DNA of 64,000 nt from Candidatus Sumerlaeia bacterium (GCA_033764015.1 JANRJK010000019.1:1-64000); one strand, 5' to 3'; counted from the first letter of the stretch, positions 10,174-19,908 are shown. Notes: generated from the letters alone by a model not told the origin. Made by a program: numbers and translations.

Positions 10174-10572
10174 GTGAATCTGATGTCCGTTCTGAAGAGG
10201 GCTGTTTCCTTTCTGTGTGGTCGAAGTCAGACAGCATCGAGCGGTTCAAGAGGGCGCTTGAGAAGGATGGGTCCAGAGGGCGGTTACTTCGAGTTCTGGC
10301 ACGAGGGAAGGATGCATTCTGTCGTCGCAGGGCTTCGCTACGACACAGACGTGGAGCAGGTTTTCTTGTATCGGGATATCATCCTCACGGGGGCAGAGTG
10401 CCTAGACGTCGCGGAGTCGTCCGACGATTTGGTTGCGAGTCTCGAACAGAGCGCGAAGGAGTACTTTAAACAAAGCGACGTGCGGCTTGTCGAGCACTCT
10501 GAAAGAAACCGCAATGTTCAACTTCGGGCAATGGAAGAGTTGAAGGCACTTCGTGCTCGAAAGGGTAGATGA
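10174..10572 (+). CDS. Putative immunity protein for the upstream Rhs toxin
   Basis: Small ORF directly after the toxin stop, GGAGG upstream of GTG 10174, same AT-richer composition; function inferred from position only. Confidence 0.6.
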   Translation: MNLMSVLKRAVSFLCGRSQTASSGSRGRLRRMGPEGGYFEFWHEGRMHSVVAGLRYDTDVEQVFLYRDIILTGAECLDVAESSDDLVASLEQSAKEYFKQSDVRLVEHSERNRNVQLRAMEELKALRARKGR

Positions 10573-10725
10573 GTGATTTAGGGATGAACTGTCTGGTCAC
10601 GATGCGAGACCAGCTACCTAATCCCTCACCCCATTGATGCTGACCTGCACTTGATTGCTTGACGTTGTTTGGGCGCGTTTGCGCCAGCGGCCCGTATGTC
10701 CACCCGCTAGCCCTACCGCTACCAC

Positions 10726-10900
10726 ATGCTTGTCGATCTTGAGCGCTTCGCGCGGGTCCGCCGCGAGGCGATCCTCGAGGTCGACCGGGGGCGCGACGAA
10801 GGCCGATGTCGCGCGCCAAGTCGGCGTCGGCCGGCTGACGGAAGTCGACTACCTCCAGTTCGCGATCCCCAAGAAGCCTGTGGCCAAGGATCACCGTCCG
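10726..10900 (+). pseudogene. Degraded helix-turn-helix remnant (resolvase/transposase HTH-like)
   Basis: REAILEVDRG and ATKADVARQVGVGRLT lie in different frames; the latter resembles a resolvase C-terminal HTH. Confidence 0.35.
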
Positions 10901-10925
10901 TCGACTGCTCCAGTGGGGCATTTTC

Positions 10926-11166
10926 TCAATACTCCACCCTCCAAGTCGGCGACTCCTCCACCCTGCTCCGCCTCCGGTCGTAGAGTCTGGTCGTGCTGAC
11001 GTTTGCGTGCCCGAGCCATTCCTGCACCTTCGCGATGTCGGCTTGGTGCTCCAGGGCGTTGGTCGCGGCGGTTGCGCGGAGCGAGTGGACGCAGAGGCCG
11101 CGGATGTCGATGCCGGCACGGCGGGTGGGGTGCTGGACGATGTCGCGGAGGACGGATTCGGGGTGA
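10926..11166 (-). pseudogene. Tyrosine recombinase C-terminal fragment
   Basis: Manual translation, absent from the ORF track: HPESVLRDIVQ..GLCVHSLRATAATNALEHQADIAKVQEWLGHANVSTTRLYDRRRSRVEESPTWRVEY*; HxLR, LGH and catalytic Tyr present, N-terminus missing. Confidence 0.85.
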
Positions 11167-11259
11167 GAAGAGAAGCTCTCACGCGAGGCCGCGAGGACGC
11201 GAAGTGTTGCGCTTCAGGAACGCGGCAGGCCGCATGGACGCCCGCGACACTCTGCCGCG

Positions 11260-12171
11260 TTACCTGAAGAAGGCGTCCGCGCGCGAGTCGTCCGCCAGCT
11301 CGCGGACGCGGTCGCGGTCGAGGCCCGGCGAGAGGTCGCAGGCGAGGGCGATTTCGCGCTCCATGTCGAGCGCGGCGTTGCTCGCCAGCGAGTCGGTCCC
11401 GAGGTAGCAGCGCACGCCGCCCTCGAGCAGCCGCGCCAGCGGGAACGGGCCGCGCGCGAAGTAGGCGTGCGTGCCCGGGCAGACGACGGCGCTCGCGCCC
11501 GATTCGCGCATCAGGCGGATGTCCTCGTCGTCGATGTCGTTGCAGTGGGCGAGGAGCGTGCGCGGCCCGAGGGCGCCGCATTCCGCAAGCCACGGGACCG
11601 GGCGCAGGCCGGGGTGTTCCCAACCCGCGCGCAGGTGGAACTCGAGGAGGAAGTCCGCCAGCGGCCCGCGCCGGCGCAGCAGCAGTTCCGTCTCCTCCAC
11701 GGTTTCCGCGGCGTGGATGCAGAGCCACTGGCCGCGGGCGCGCGCTTCGCGCACCGCCGCGCGCAGCAGCGGCGCCGTGATCGTGTACGGCGCGTGGGGC
11801 GAGAGGCCGTGGCGCGCGAGCGCGTCCTTGGCGCGGGAGAGCGCCTGCCGGTCCAGCGCGCCGCGCAGCGTCTCCTCGCCGGTGCGCGGGTTGGTGTCGA
11901 TCACCTCGCGGAACAGCACGCGCCGCAGGGTGGTTGACTCAGTCAACGGTTCGTCCGCGGTGTCCATGGCGAGGATGTCGGCCACGGCGGTGGTGCCGTT
12001 CGCGGCGAGCTCCGCGAGGCCCGCGCGGGCGCTCGCGGCGCTGGCGAGCGCGGACCCGGCGCGCTTCAGCGGCAGCAGCCGCTCGAGCCACTCGGCGAAG
12101 GGGAGCCCCGGCGGGATCGCGCCCTTGAGGAACCCGAGTTCGAGGTGGCAGTGCGAGTTGAACGTGCCCAC
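11260..12171 (-). CDS. Amidohydrolase family metal-dependent deaminase (MtaD/MqnF-like), N-terminally short
   Basis: NSHCHLEL, SPHAPY, IHAAET, LAHCN, LGTDSLASN motifs. Confidence 0.85.
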   Translation of the reverse strand: MGTFNSHCHLELGFLKGAIPPGLPFAEWLERLLPLKRAGSALASAASARAGLAELAANGTTAVADILAMDTADEPLTESTTLRRVLFREVIDTNPRTGEETLRGALDRQALSRAKDALARHGLSPHAPYTITAPLLRAAVREARARGQWLCIHAAETVEETELLLRRRGPLADFLLEFHLRAGWEHPGLRPVPWLAECGALGPRTLLAHCNDIDDEDIRLMRESGASAVVCPGTHAYFARGPFPLARLLEGGVRCYLGTDSLASNAALDMEREIALACDLSPGLDRDRVRELADDSRADAFFR

Positions 12172-12174
12172 CGG

Positions 12175-14727
12175 CTACTCGCGGTCCAGGCTGCCGCGCG
12201 TGACGCCGAGCTTGCTGTTCGCGCGGAGATGCCGCCAGATCTCTCGCCCGTCCACTTCGCCGCGCACCGCGGGCGCGTAGAGCGCGACGGCCCGCCGCAC
12301 CGCCTCCGCGTCCTCGCGCAGGAAGTCGATGCGCCAGCGCGAAACGCCCGCCGCGAGCAACTGCGGCAAGTACGCCGAAGCGCTCTGCGCCACCGCGTTG
12401 AACACCGTGTTGCGGCACCCTGCGTCGGCCTTCACGTAGTGCTCGTAGCCGACGCGGTCGCGCAGCGCCAGCTCGTGCGACTCGCAGGGGCGTCCGCAGT
12501 TCGTGAAGTCCGTGCCGTCCGACAGGTACCGGCAGAACACGCAGTGCTCCATGTGGAACATCGGGATGTACTGGTGGAGCGTGACCTCGAACCACGCCGG
12601 GGGCGCCGCGCGAAGCAGGTCGAGGAGTTGCTCGATGTTGAGGTCGTAGCTCGGGACGAGCTGCGTGAAGGCGCGCCCGCGCAGCAGCGCGGCGGTGAGC
12701 TCGTTCGCGACGTTCAGCGAGTAGTCGCCGAGCAGTTCCAGGCCGGGCGCCTCGGCGCGGAGCACCTGCCAGGCGGCGAGGTTGCGCACCAGCACGGCGT
12801 CAGGCGCGGCCTCGATGAGCTTGCGGACGAAGCCGGACTCGCCGGGCTTCATCACGCGGAGCGTCGCCGGCACGAAGCGCGGCCCCACCGCCGGCACCAG
12901 CGCGCGCGCCTCGCGGTGGAGCCGGATGTCCTCGAAGTCCGTGTACACCGTGTGCACCGCGCCCGATTCGACCGCGGCGCGCACTTGCGCGAGCGTGCGG
13001 CACAGGACCGACAGGCGCGGCTCCGCGTCGGGCTCGGCGTGGGGCACCTCCGCGCGCAACCGCGCCAGCGCGCCGGGATCGGCGGAGCGCCGCGTGCCGC
13101 GCTCGCGGCGAAGATCCACCAGCGCGGCGACCGCGCGGCGGCGAAGCTCGTTGAGTCGGCTCACCGGGACATAGAGCGCGCCCTCGAGTTCCGCCTCGAG
13201 TCCTCGCAGCTCGAACGGCGTGTTGCCCAAGCGGCCGAGCTGCTCGCAGAGCGTGGCCTCGTCCAGCGCGTGCTTCGCCGCGGTTGCGGCGGGCTCCGCA
13301 TCGAGCACCTCGGCGCGGAGGCCGTCCTCGTCGGTGATCTCCAGCGCGAGCGGCGCGCCCGCCGCGCCGCGCACCACCATCTCCACCGGACGGCGGAAGC
13401 GGATCCGGTCGCCGGCCCAGGTGGCGTCGAGCTCCGCGTCCAGCGCGGGGTCGCTCGTCTTCCACACGCGGTCGCCGACGTTCACCTTCGCGAGGTCAAC
13501 GGCGCCGGAGCCGAACTCGAGCAGCGCTTCAACGAACGGTTCCGCGTCGAGGAGCGGATCGAAGATCTTCATGAGCTGCCCGTCGCGGAACATCGTGTAC
13601 ACGCGGCCGCCCTGCTCGTCGCCATCCGGGCGCCCCGCGTCGAACACCACGCCGTCGCCGCACTTGAGCGGCCCCTGGAGCCGCACGGCGACGCGGCGCT
13701 GCGCGACGGCGGTGACGGTGCCGAGGAAGAGCCCGCGCTTCTTCGGGAAGCGGCCCTCGACCACCGCCTGGTGGTTGATCTCGTGCAGATAGCCGCCGGT
13801 GAAGCCACGGCTAAAGGTCATCTCGAGCGCGCGCCGGTTCGCCTCGTCCAGCGCGGGGTCGGCGATCTCGTCCGCGGCGAACGCGCGGTCCACCGCGTCG
13901 CGGTAGGCGCGCACCGTGGCGGCGACGTAGGCGGGCGACTTGAGCCGGCCCTCGATCTTGAGACTCACGATGCCGAGCCGCACCAGGTCGCCGATGTCCT
14001 CGAAGCCGGAGAGGTCCTTCGGCGAGAGGACGTAGCGCAGGTCGCCGACATCGAGGTGCTTGCCGTCCACCATCAGGTCGTAGGGAAGGCGGCACGCCTG
14101 CGCGCACTCGCCGCGGTTCGCGCTGCGCCCGCCGAGCGCCTCGCTCGTGAGGCACTGGCCGCTGTACGCCACGCAAATCGCGCCGTGGACGAACACCTCG
14201 AGCTCCGCCTCCGTGCCGCGGCGCACGGTGCCCAGTTCCTTGCGCGATAGCTCGCGCGCCAGCACCACGCGCGAGAGGCGCAGCCCGAGCGCTTCGACGC
14301 CCGCGACGGACTCCGCCGAGGTGAGCGACATTTGCGTCGAGGCGTGCACCGGCATCTCCGGCGCGAGTGCGTTCGCCAGCCGCGCCACGCCGAGGTCCTG
14401 CACCAGCACCGCGTCGATCCCCGCGGCGTTCACGGCGAGCAGCACGCGCGCCGCCTCCTCCAGTTCCGACGGAAAGACGAGGGTGTTGAGCGTGAGGTAG
14501 CCGCGCACGCCGCGCTCGTGGAGCCAGGCGAGCGTCTCGGGCAATTCGTCCAGCGCGAAGTTCGCCGCGCGGAGGCGCGCATTGAACTCCTGCACGCCGA
14601 AGTAGACCGCGTCCGCGCCGTTCTCGACGGCGGCTCGCATCATATCGCGCGTCCCGGCAGGCGCCAAGATCTCCGGGCGCGATGCGAGGGCTTTCGGAAG
14701 CGGTGCGGGCTTGAAGGCGGCGGGCAT
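12175..14727 (-). CDS. Peptidase U32 family protein with DUF3656-like region (RlhA-like rRNA hydroxylase)
   Basis: PEILAPAG, GADAVYFG, HASTQM, HGAICVAYSGQC, SANRGECAQACR, SLKIEGRLK; start moved to ATG 14727. Confidence 0.9.
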   Translation of the reverse strand: MPAAFKPAPLPKALASRPEILAPAGTRDMMRAAVENGADAVYFGVQEFNARLRAANFALDELPETLAWLHERGVRGYLTLNTLVFPSELEEAARVLLAVNAAGIDAVLVQDLGVARLANALAPEMPVHASTQMSLTSAESVAGVEALGLRLSRVVLARELSRKELGTVRRGTEAELEVFVHGAICVAYSGQCLTSEALGGRSANRGECAQACRLPYDLMVDGKHLDVGDLRYVLSPKDLSGFEDIGDLVRLGIVSLKIEGRLKSPAYVAATVRAYRDAVDRAFAADEIADPALDEANRRALEMTFSRGFTGGYLHEINHQAVVEGRFPKKRGLFLGTVTAVAQRRVAVRLQGPLKCGDGVVFDAGRPDGDEQGGRVYTMFRDGQLMKIFDPLLDAEPFVEALLEFGSGAVDLAKVNVGDRVWKTSDPALDAELDATWAGDRIRFRRPVEMVVRGAAGAPLALEITDEDGLRAEVLDAEPAATAAKHALDEATLCEQLGRLGNTPFELRGLEAELEGALYVPVSRLNELRRRAVAALVDLRRERGTRRSADPGALARLRAEVPHAEPDAEPRLSVLCRTLAQVRAAVESGAVHTVYTDFEDIRLHREARALVPAVGPRFVPATLRVMKPGESGFVRKLIEAAPDAVLVRNLAAWQVLRAEAPGLELLGDYSLNVANELTAALLRGRAFTQLVPSYDLNIEQLLDLLRAAPPAWFEVTLHQYIPMFHMEHCVFCRYLSDGTDFTNCGRPCESHELALRDRVGYEHYVKADAGCRNTVFNAVAQSASAYLPQLLAAGVSRWRIDFLREDAEAVRRAVALYAPAVRGEVDGREIWRHLRANSKLGVTRGSLDRE

Positions 14728-14840
14728 GGCGTGGCGGCTCCTTGGCCGCCGCGAGGCGACTCCACCAGCGGCGCGCCGGGCCCACAAGCCCGATTGCTCC
14801 GCGGCCTCCCGCGGCGCACAACAAGTGCTTCGCGATCCGC

Positions 14841-16079
14841 ATGGAGGCGCCCGTGGAATCCGCCGCACTGCCCAAGCTGCTGTCCGCCGTGCTCGCGACG
14901 CATCGCGAGCTGGCCCGGCTGCTGGTCGCCGGCGCCCCGCCGCGGCGCTCCGCCCCCGGTGGGCCGATGCCGCTCCTGCTCTTCTCGCAGGTGCCGTGGG
15001 ACAGCGTCTGGCAGCGTCCGCAGGAGCTCGCGCTCGGCCTATCGCGGCGCCGTCCGGTCGTGTTCTTCGGCCCGGTGCAATGGCACGAGGCCGCGCTGCG
15101 CGTCGGCGCCGCCCGCGAACCGGTCCGCCGCCTCGAGGACGGCCGCCTGCTCGTCCTCTCCCCGGTCGAGTTCTCCGGCACCTACAAGGTCGGTGCGGTG
15201 GCGGCGCTGAACAACCTCCTTCGCGCACGGCTGCTCAGCCGCGTCCTGCCGGGGCGCGACTTCATCTACCTCACCAACTCGCTGTTCGACTGGGAGCTGG
15301 CGCGCGCGCTGCGCCCGCGCCACCTCGCGCTGGACCTGATCGACGACTTCGCCGGGTTCGCCTGGGCGCCGCGCGGCGCCCGCCGCAGCGAGCGTCTCCT
15401 CGCGCGCCGCGCCGACCTCGTCGTCGCCGGCACCGGCACGCTGGCGCGGCGCTGGCGCCAGCGCGGCTTCGACGTGGACTATCTGCCCAGCGGCGTCCAC
15501 GCGGAGCGTTTCGCCGGTTCCTTCACCGAACCGGGGGACCTGCGCGCCGCGCCGCGCCCGCGGCTGCTCTACGTGGGCACGCTCAACGACCGGCTCGACG
15601 CGTCGCTCCTGCTCCGCGCGGCGGAGGCGAACCGCTCCGGCAGCGTCGTCGCCGTCGGGCCCCGCCACGGCTCCTTCGCCCTTCCGGGGCCGGCGCCAAA
15701 GAACTTGCTCTTCCTCGGCTTGAAGCCACACTCCGACCTGCCCGCCTACTACGCCCATTGCGATGCGGGGATCATGCCCTTCGCCGACACCCCCGCCGCC
15801 CGCGCCATCAATCCTGTGAAGGCCCTCGAGTACCTCGCCGCCGGGCTTCCGGTCCTTTCGACACCGATCCCCGACGTGGTAGCCGAGTACCCCCCGCACG
15901 CGACCATCGCGGCGGCGCCGGATTGGCCCGCGGCGCTCGCCGAACTGCTCGCCCGTCGCGAGCCGGAGACGGTCCGCGAAGCGCGCCGCGCCTTCGCCCG
16001 CGGGCGCTCCTGGGGCGCCATGGTCGACGCCTTCGAGGAGCGCATCGGCCGCCTCGAAGCCGCGGAGGCCCGCGCGTGA
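14841..16079 (+). CDS. GT-B fold glycosyltransferase (GT4-like)
   Basis: WDSVWQRPQELA, DLIDDF, YLPSGV, NPVKALEYLAAGLPVLST. Confidence 0.85.
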   Translation: MEAPVESAALPKLLSAVLATHRELARLLVAGAPPRRSAPGGPMPLLLFSQVPWDSVWQRPQELALGLSRRRPVVFFGPVQWHEAALRVGAAREPVRRLEDGRLLVLSPVEFSGTYKVGAVAALNNLLRARLLSRVLPGRDFIYLTNSLFDWELARALRPRHLALDLIDDFAGFAWAPRGARRSERLLARRADLVVAGTGTLARRWRQRGFDVDYLPSGVHAERFAGSFTEPGDLRAAPRPRLLYVGTLNDRLDASLLLRAAEANRSGSVVAVGPRHGSFALPGPAPKNLLFLGLKPHSDLPAYYAHCDAGIMPFADTPAARAINPVKALEYLAAGLPVLSTPIPDVVAEYPPHATIAAAPDWPAALAELLARREPETVREARRAFARGRSWGAMVDAFEERIGRLEAAEARA

Positions 16080-17773
16080 GCAGCCGACTCAAGTTCCTCT
16101 TCGCGCTCTACCGCTGGGGGGAGGATCTGCTCGGCGGCGCCGAGCTGCTCCACCGCCGCCTCGCCTTCGAACTCCTCGAACTCGGCCACGAGGTCGAGGT
16201 TTGGACCACCACCGGCCACAAGTTCGAGCACTTCGCCCACTGGGGCGAGCGCTGGACCGAATTCCACGCCGCGGGCGACACGCTCGACAACGGCATCAAG
16301 GTGCGCCGCTTCCCGATGCGCCCGCAGTCGAAGCTCCTCATGGGGATCTTCGCCAAGGCGCTCCAGTTCGAATGGGAGCGCCACGCCGTCGAGGTCGATC
16401 CGCGCCGCCTTTTCCTGACGCCGGAGCGCATCCTCCTCGGCCCCGACTGGCACGAGGCGGAATCCGCCGGCGAGGGTCTCGCGCGCCGGTGGAGCTGGGC
16501 GCGCTCGAGCGTGTTCCTCGCCCCGGGCGGGCGGGAATCGCTCCTCACCATCAACGGTTACACCCCGCGCCCGCAGCAGCTCCAGCTCCGCTGCGCCGGC
16601 CCCGACACCCGAGAGGTGGTGAAGCGCCAGGCGGTCGACCAGCACTTCAGCATCCAAGTCACCGTGCCGGCGACACGGGAGGCCGTGGTGCTGCAGCTCC
16701 GCGCGGAAGGCGCCTTCCGCCCTCCCAAGGACTTCCGCGAACTCGGCGTCCTCGTCTCCGACATCTTTCTCGACACCGGCGAGGCGTCCTACGGCGCGAA
16801 CATGTGGATCGACGCGCGACCTCTCGCCCGCGACTCCGCCCTGGTCGCGCGCGCGGCGAAGCGCCCGCCCGCCTCGGGAATGCTCTTCGACTACCTGCGC
16901 GGGCCGAACAGTCCCGCGCTCCAGCGCGCCCTCGCGCGCGAGTCGCGCAACCGCGACGTCATCTTCACCGCGAACCTCCCGTGGCGCCTCTTCGACCCGC
17001 CGAAGGTCACCCGCGGCGGCGCCATCCGAACCATCATGCCGCTGATGCACCTCGGCGACTCGTACTACTACTGGAGCCACTACTTCGACGCGATGCGCGG
17101 GGCGGACTTGAACCTCGCGATCAACCAGGCGAGCGGCGAGACGCTCTTCAAGGAGATCGGCGCCAAGTCCGCCTTCATCGGCCCGCCCATCTGGCCCGAC
17201 GAACGGCTCACCCGCCTCGAGACGAAGCGCGCCAACTCGAAGAACATGCCGGTCGTCGTCTTCACCCTCTCGCGCAAGACGGGCGAGAAGCGATACATGG
17301 AGATCGCCGCCTCCGTCGGAAGGCTACGCGCCGCCGGTCTGCCGCTGGTGATGATCGGCGCCGGCCCCGACGCGGACGGCGCCCCCCTCCCGGAGGGTTG
17401 CCGCTGGCTCGGGCGCCTCTCGGAGGACGAGCTGGTCGAGGCATGGGCCAACGCACATATCTTCGTCCTCATGAGCGAGTCCGAGTCCTTCGGGATGGTC
17501 ATCGTCGAGGCGTGGCACGCCGGGCTCCCGGTCGTGGTCAACCGACGCTGCCGCGCCGCCGCCTCGCTGGTGGAGCACGATGTGGACGGCTACGTGGTGA
17601 GCCCCGGCGGCGAGCTGGACTCGGCGCTCGAGTTGCTGGCGGAGGACGCCGGCCTGCGCGCGCGGCTGGCCGCCGCGGGCCGCCGCCGCGCCCGCCAGGA
17701 ATTCGTCCGCGGCGCCGCCGGCAAGCGCTTCGTCCAAGCGGTCGAGCCCCTCGTCCGCGAACGCCGCAAGTGA
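16076..17773 (+). CDS. Glycosyltransferase family 4 with inserted domain
   Basis: GTG overlapping upstream TGA; GGAELL..GHEVEVWTT; ESFGMVIVEAWHAGLPVV. Confidence 0.85.
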   Translation: MSSRLKFLFALYRWGEDLLGGAELLHRRLAFELLELGHEVEVWTTTGHKFEHFAHWGERWTEFHAAGDTLDNGIKVRRFPMRPQSKLLMGIFAKALQFEWERHAVEVDPRRLFLTPERILLGPDWHEAESAGEGLARRWSWARSSVFLAPGGRESLLTINGYTPRPQQLQLRCAGPDTREVVKRQAVDQHFSIQVTVPATREAVVLQLRAEGAFRPPKDFRELGVLVSDIFLDTGEASYGANMWIDARPLARDSALVARAAKRPPASGMLFDYLRGPNSPALQRALARESRNRDVIFTANLPWRLFDPPKVTRGGAIRTIMPLMHLGDSYYYWSHYFDAMRGADLNLAINQASGETLFKEIGAKSAFIGPPIWPDERLTRLETKRANSKNMPVVVFTLSRKTGEKRYMEIAASVGRLRAAGLPLVMIGAGPDADGAPLPEGCRWLGRLSEDELVEAWANAHIFVLMSESESFGMVIVEAWHAGLPVVVNRRCRAAASLVEHDVDGYVVSPGGELDSALELLAEDAGLRARLAAAGRRRARQEFVRGAAGKRFVQAVEPLVRERRK

Positions 17774-18606
17774 CCGGTGCCGAGCTGGCCGCCGCGGTCG
17801 AAGGCGTCATCGCCCCGTACGGACGCGCCGTCGTCGCCTTCAGCGGCGGGGTCGATAGCAGCGTCGTCGCCGTCGCCGCGCACCGCGCGCTCGGCGCCGG
17901 CGCCTTGGCGGTCACCGCCCGCTCGGAGAGCAACACCGCCGAGGACATCGCACTGTGCCGACTTGTCGCGGAGAGCGCCGGTCTCGCGCACGAGGTGCTC
18001 GAATACAGCGAACTCGCGATCCCCAACTACGCCGCCAACCCCGCGAACCGCTGCTACTTCTGCAAGAACGAGCTCTACACGCGCCTCGGAGCGCTCGCCG
18101 CCGGGCGCGGCTTCCAAGCGGTGCTGGACGGCAGCAACGTAGACGACGCGGGGGACTACCGCCCCGGGCTGCGCGCGGTGTCGGAGCACGGCGTCCGCTC
18201 GCCGCTCCGCGAAGCCGGGCTCCGGAAGGCCGACGTGCGCGCCTTGGCGCGCCACTACGGGCTCCCCAACCACGACCGCCCCGCCGCGCCCTGCCTCTCG
18301 TCGCGGATCCCCTACGGCCAGCAGGTCACCGCGGAGAAATTGCGGCAGGTCGCCGAATCGGAGCGATTCCTGCATTCGCTCGGATTCAACGAATTGCGAT
18401 GCCGCCACCACGGAGACCTGGCCCGCTTGGAAGTTTCCCCCGACGATTTCCCCGCCCTGATGCAGAAAAGGGCCGAGATCGAGTCGCACCTCAAGTCGCT
18501 GGGCTTCCGCTGGGTGGCCCTCGACCTCGGGGGATTCCGGTCCGGCAGCCTCAACGAGGCGCTCCGGCCAACCAATCCTCCATCTAACGGGTACGGTTCT
18601 GGCTGA
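17770..18606 (+). CDS. larE: ATP-dependent sacrificial sulfur transferase LarE family
   Basis: PP-loop AFSGGVDSS, NRCYFCK, DGSNVDD..DYRPG, PCLSSRIPYG, GFRSGSLN; GTG overlaps upstream TGA. Confidence 0.92.
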   Translation: MTGAELAAAVEGVIAPYGRAVVAFSGGVDSSVVAVAAHRALGAGALAVTARSESNTAEDIALCRLVAESAGLAHEVLEYSELAIPNYAANPANRCYFCKNELYTRLGALAAGRGFQAVLDGSNVDDAGDYRPGLRAVSEHGVRSPLREAGLRKADVRALARHYGLPNHDRPAAPCLSSRIPYGQQVTAEKLRQVAESERFLHSLGFNELRCRHHGDLARLEVSPDDFPALMQKRAEIESHLKSLGFRWVALDLGGFRSGSLNEALRPTNPPSNGYGSG

Positions 18607-18673
18607 ACGGCGTCCCTACTCGCGCGAGCATTCCCGCGTCGCCAACCGCTTTCCCCACAGGAGAAGTCCCAAG

Positions 18674-19861
18674 ATGAACACGCTGAGACGCACCGCCTTC
18701 CTCGCCGCCGTCGCCGGTTGCGCGCTGCTCGCGGTGCCCGCCGCTGCCCAGGTCGAGTCCTCCACTCCCCCCGCGAAGGTCGGGCAGCCCGCCCAGCAGG
18801 CCTCGCCCGGTAACGCTCTCAAGTTCGAGGCCACCACCAAGGACTACGGCATCATCTCCGAGGGCGAGACGATCGACATCGCATTCCCCGTCACGAATGC
18901 GACGGATCGACGCATCAACATCACCCGCATCCAGGTCTCCTGCGGCTGCACCAAGGCCACCGACAACCCCGAGTTCATCGAACCGGGACAGACGGACGAG
19001 ATCAAGGTCGCCTACAACTCGACCGGCCGCCCCGGCCGCCAGTCCAAGACCGTTTCGATCTTCACCGACGAGAGCGAAGGCGGCGGCCTCTACACGCTCA
19101 CCTTCACCGGCGAAGCGACGCAGATCAACTACCTGTCGGAGCGCAACATCCAGTTCGGCGAGATCGAGTTCGGCCAGGGCGCCACGCGCACCGTCGATTT
19201 CCTCACCTTCTCCGACCCTCCCGTTGTGGTGAACGGCGCGTCGACCTCCGAGGAGAAGGTGAAGGTCACGCTCGGCGAAACCGTCGACGTGGAGTTGGAT
19301 GGCAAGAAGGGCAAGCGCACGCCGATCGCCATCGAGATCGGATCCGACTACCCGGTGCGCCCGTTCAACACCGTCCTCACGGTCGACACGACGGACCCGA
19401 AGCGCCCGCGCTACACGGCGCCGCTGAACGGAACCGTCTCCGGCCAGTTCATCGTCGCGCCCCGCCGCCTGGCCATGGGGCGCCTCGCCCCCGGCAGCAG
19501 CGTGACCCGCGAAGCGTCGATCACGACGCGCAAGGGTGGCGACTTCGTGATCAGCGGCGTCCGCACCGGCGACGCGGCGCAGCGCTTCACCGTCACCGAG
19601 AAGGCCACCCCCGGGGCGAACGGCGGCAAGACGCTCGTCGTCAGCTTCAAGGCCCCCGACAGCCTCGGCGCCTTCAGCTCGATCATCGAGGTCGACGCCA
19701 AGATGGGCGACTACAGCGAGACGATCCGCCTCCCAGTGACCGTCCAGGTGATGACGAGCCCCGAGAACGCCGGCCCCGTCGCTCCGCAGGGCGCCTCCCG
19801 CCCGGCGCTCCCGCAAGGCAACGCCGACGCCGCGAAGCGCACCGTCGTCCCCAAGAAGTAG
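18674..19861 (+). CDS. Secreted DUF1573 domain protein (Ig-like repeats)
   Basis: Signal peptide; DYGII..F.VTN..I..IQVSCGCT..IEPG motif. Confidence 0.8.
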   Translation: MNTLRRTAFLAAVAGCALLAVPAAAQVESSTPPAKVGQPAQQASPGNALKFEATTKDYGIISEGETIDIAFPVTNATDRRINITRIQVSCGCTKATDNPEFIEPGQTDEIKVAYNSTGRPGRQSKTVSIFTDESEGGGLYTLTFTGEATQINYLSERNIQFGEIEFGQGATRTVDFLTFSDPPVVVNGASTSEEKVKVTLGETVDVELDGKKGKRTPIAIEIGSDYPVRPFNTVLTVDTTDPKRPRYTAPLNGTVSGQFIVAPRRLAMGRLAPGSSVTREASITTRKGGDFVISGVRTGDAAQRFTVTEKATPGANGGKTLVVSFKAPDSLGAFSSIIEVDAKMGDYSETIRLPVTVQVMTSPENAGPVAPQGASRPALPQGNADAAKRTVVPKK

Positions 19862-19874
19862 CGTACCAGCCCCC

Positions 19875-19908
19875 GGGCGGGGCGGCCCTTCGGGACGCCG
19901 CCCCGCCC
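19875..19908 (+). other. GC-rich intergenic hairpin
   Basis: GGGCGGGGCGGC..CCCTTCGGG..GCCGCCCCGCCC. Confidence 0.45.

Noticed and set aside
14711..16075. 5' half of the 1020-aa ORF 14711..17773
   Set aside because: Arg/Pro/Ala-rich shadow frame over the first glycosyltransferase; the real start is GTG 16076
16201..17769. 5' part of the 801-aa ORF 16201..18606
   Set aside because: Shadow frame over the GT4 gene; only 17770-18606 is LarE
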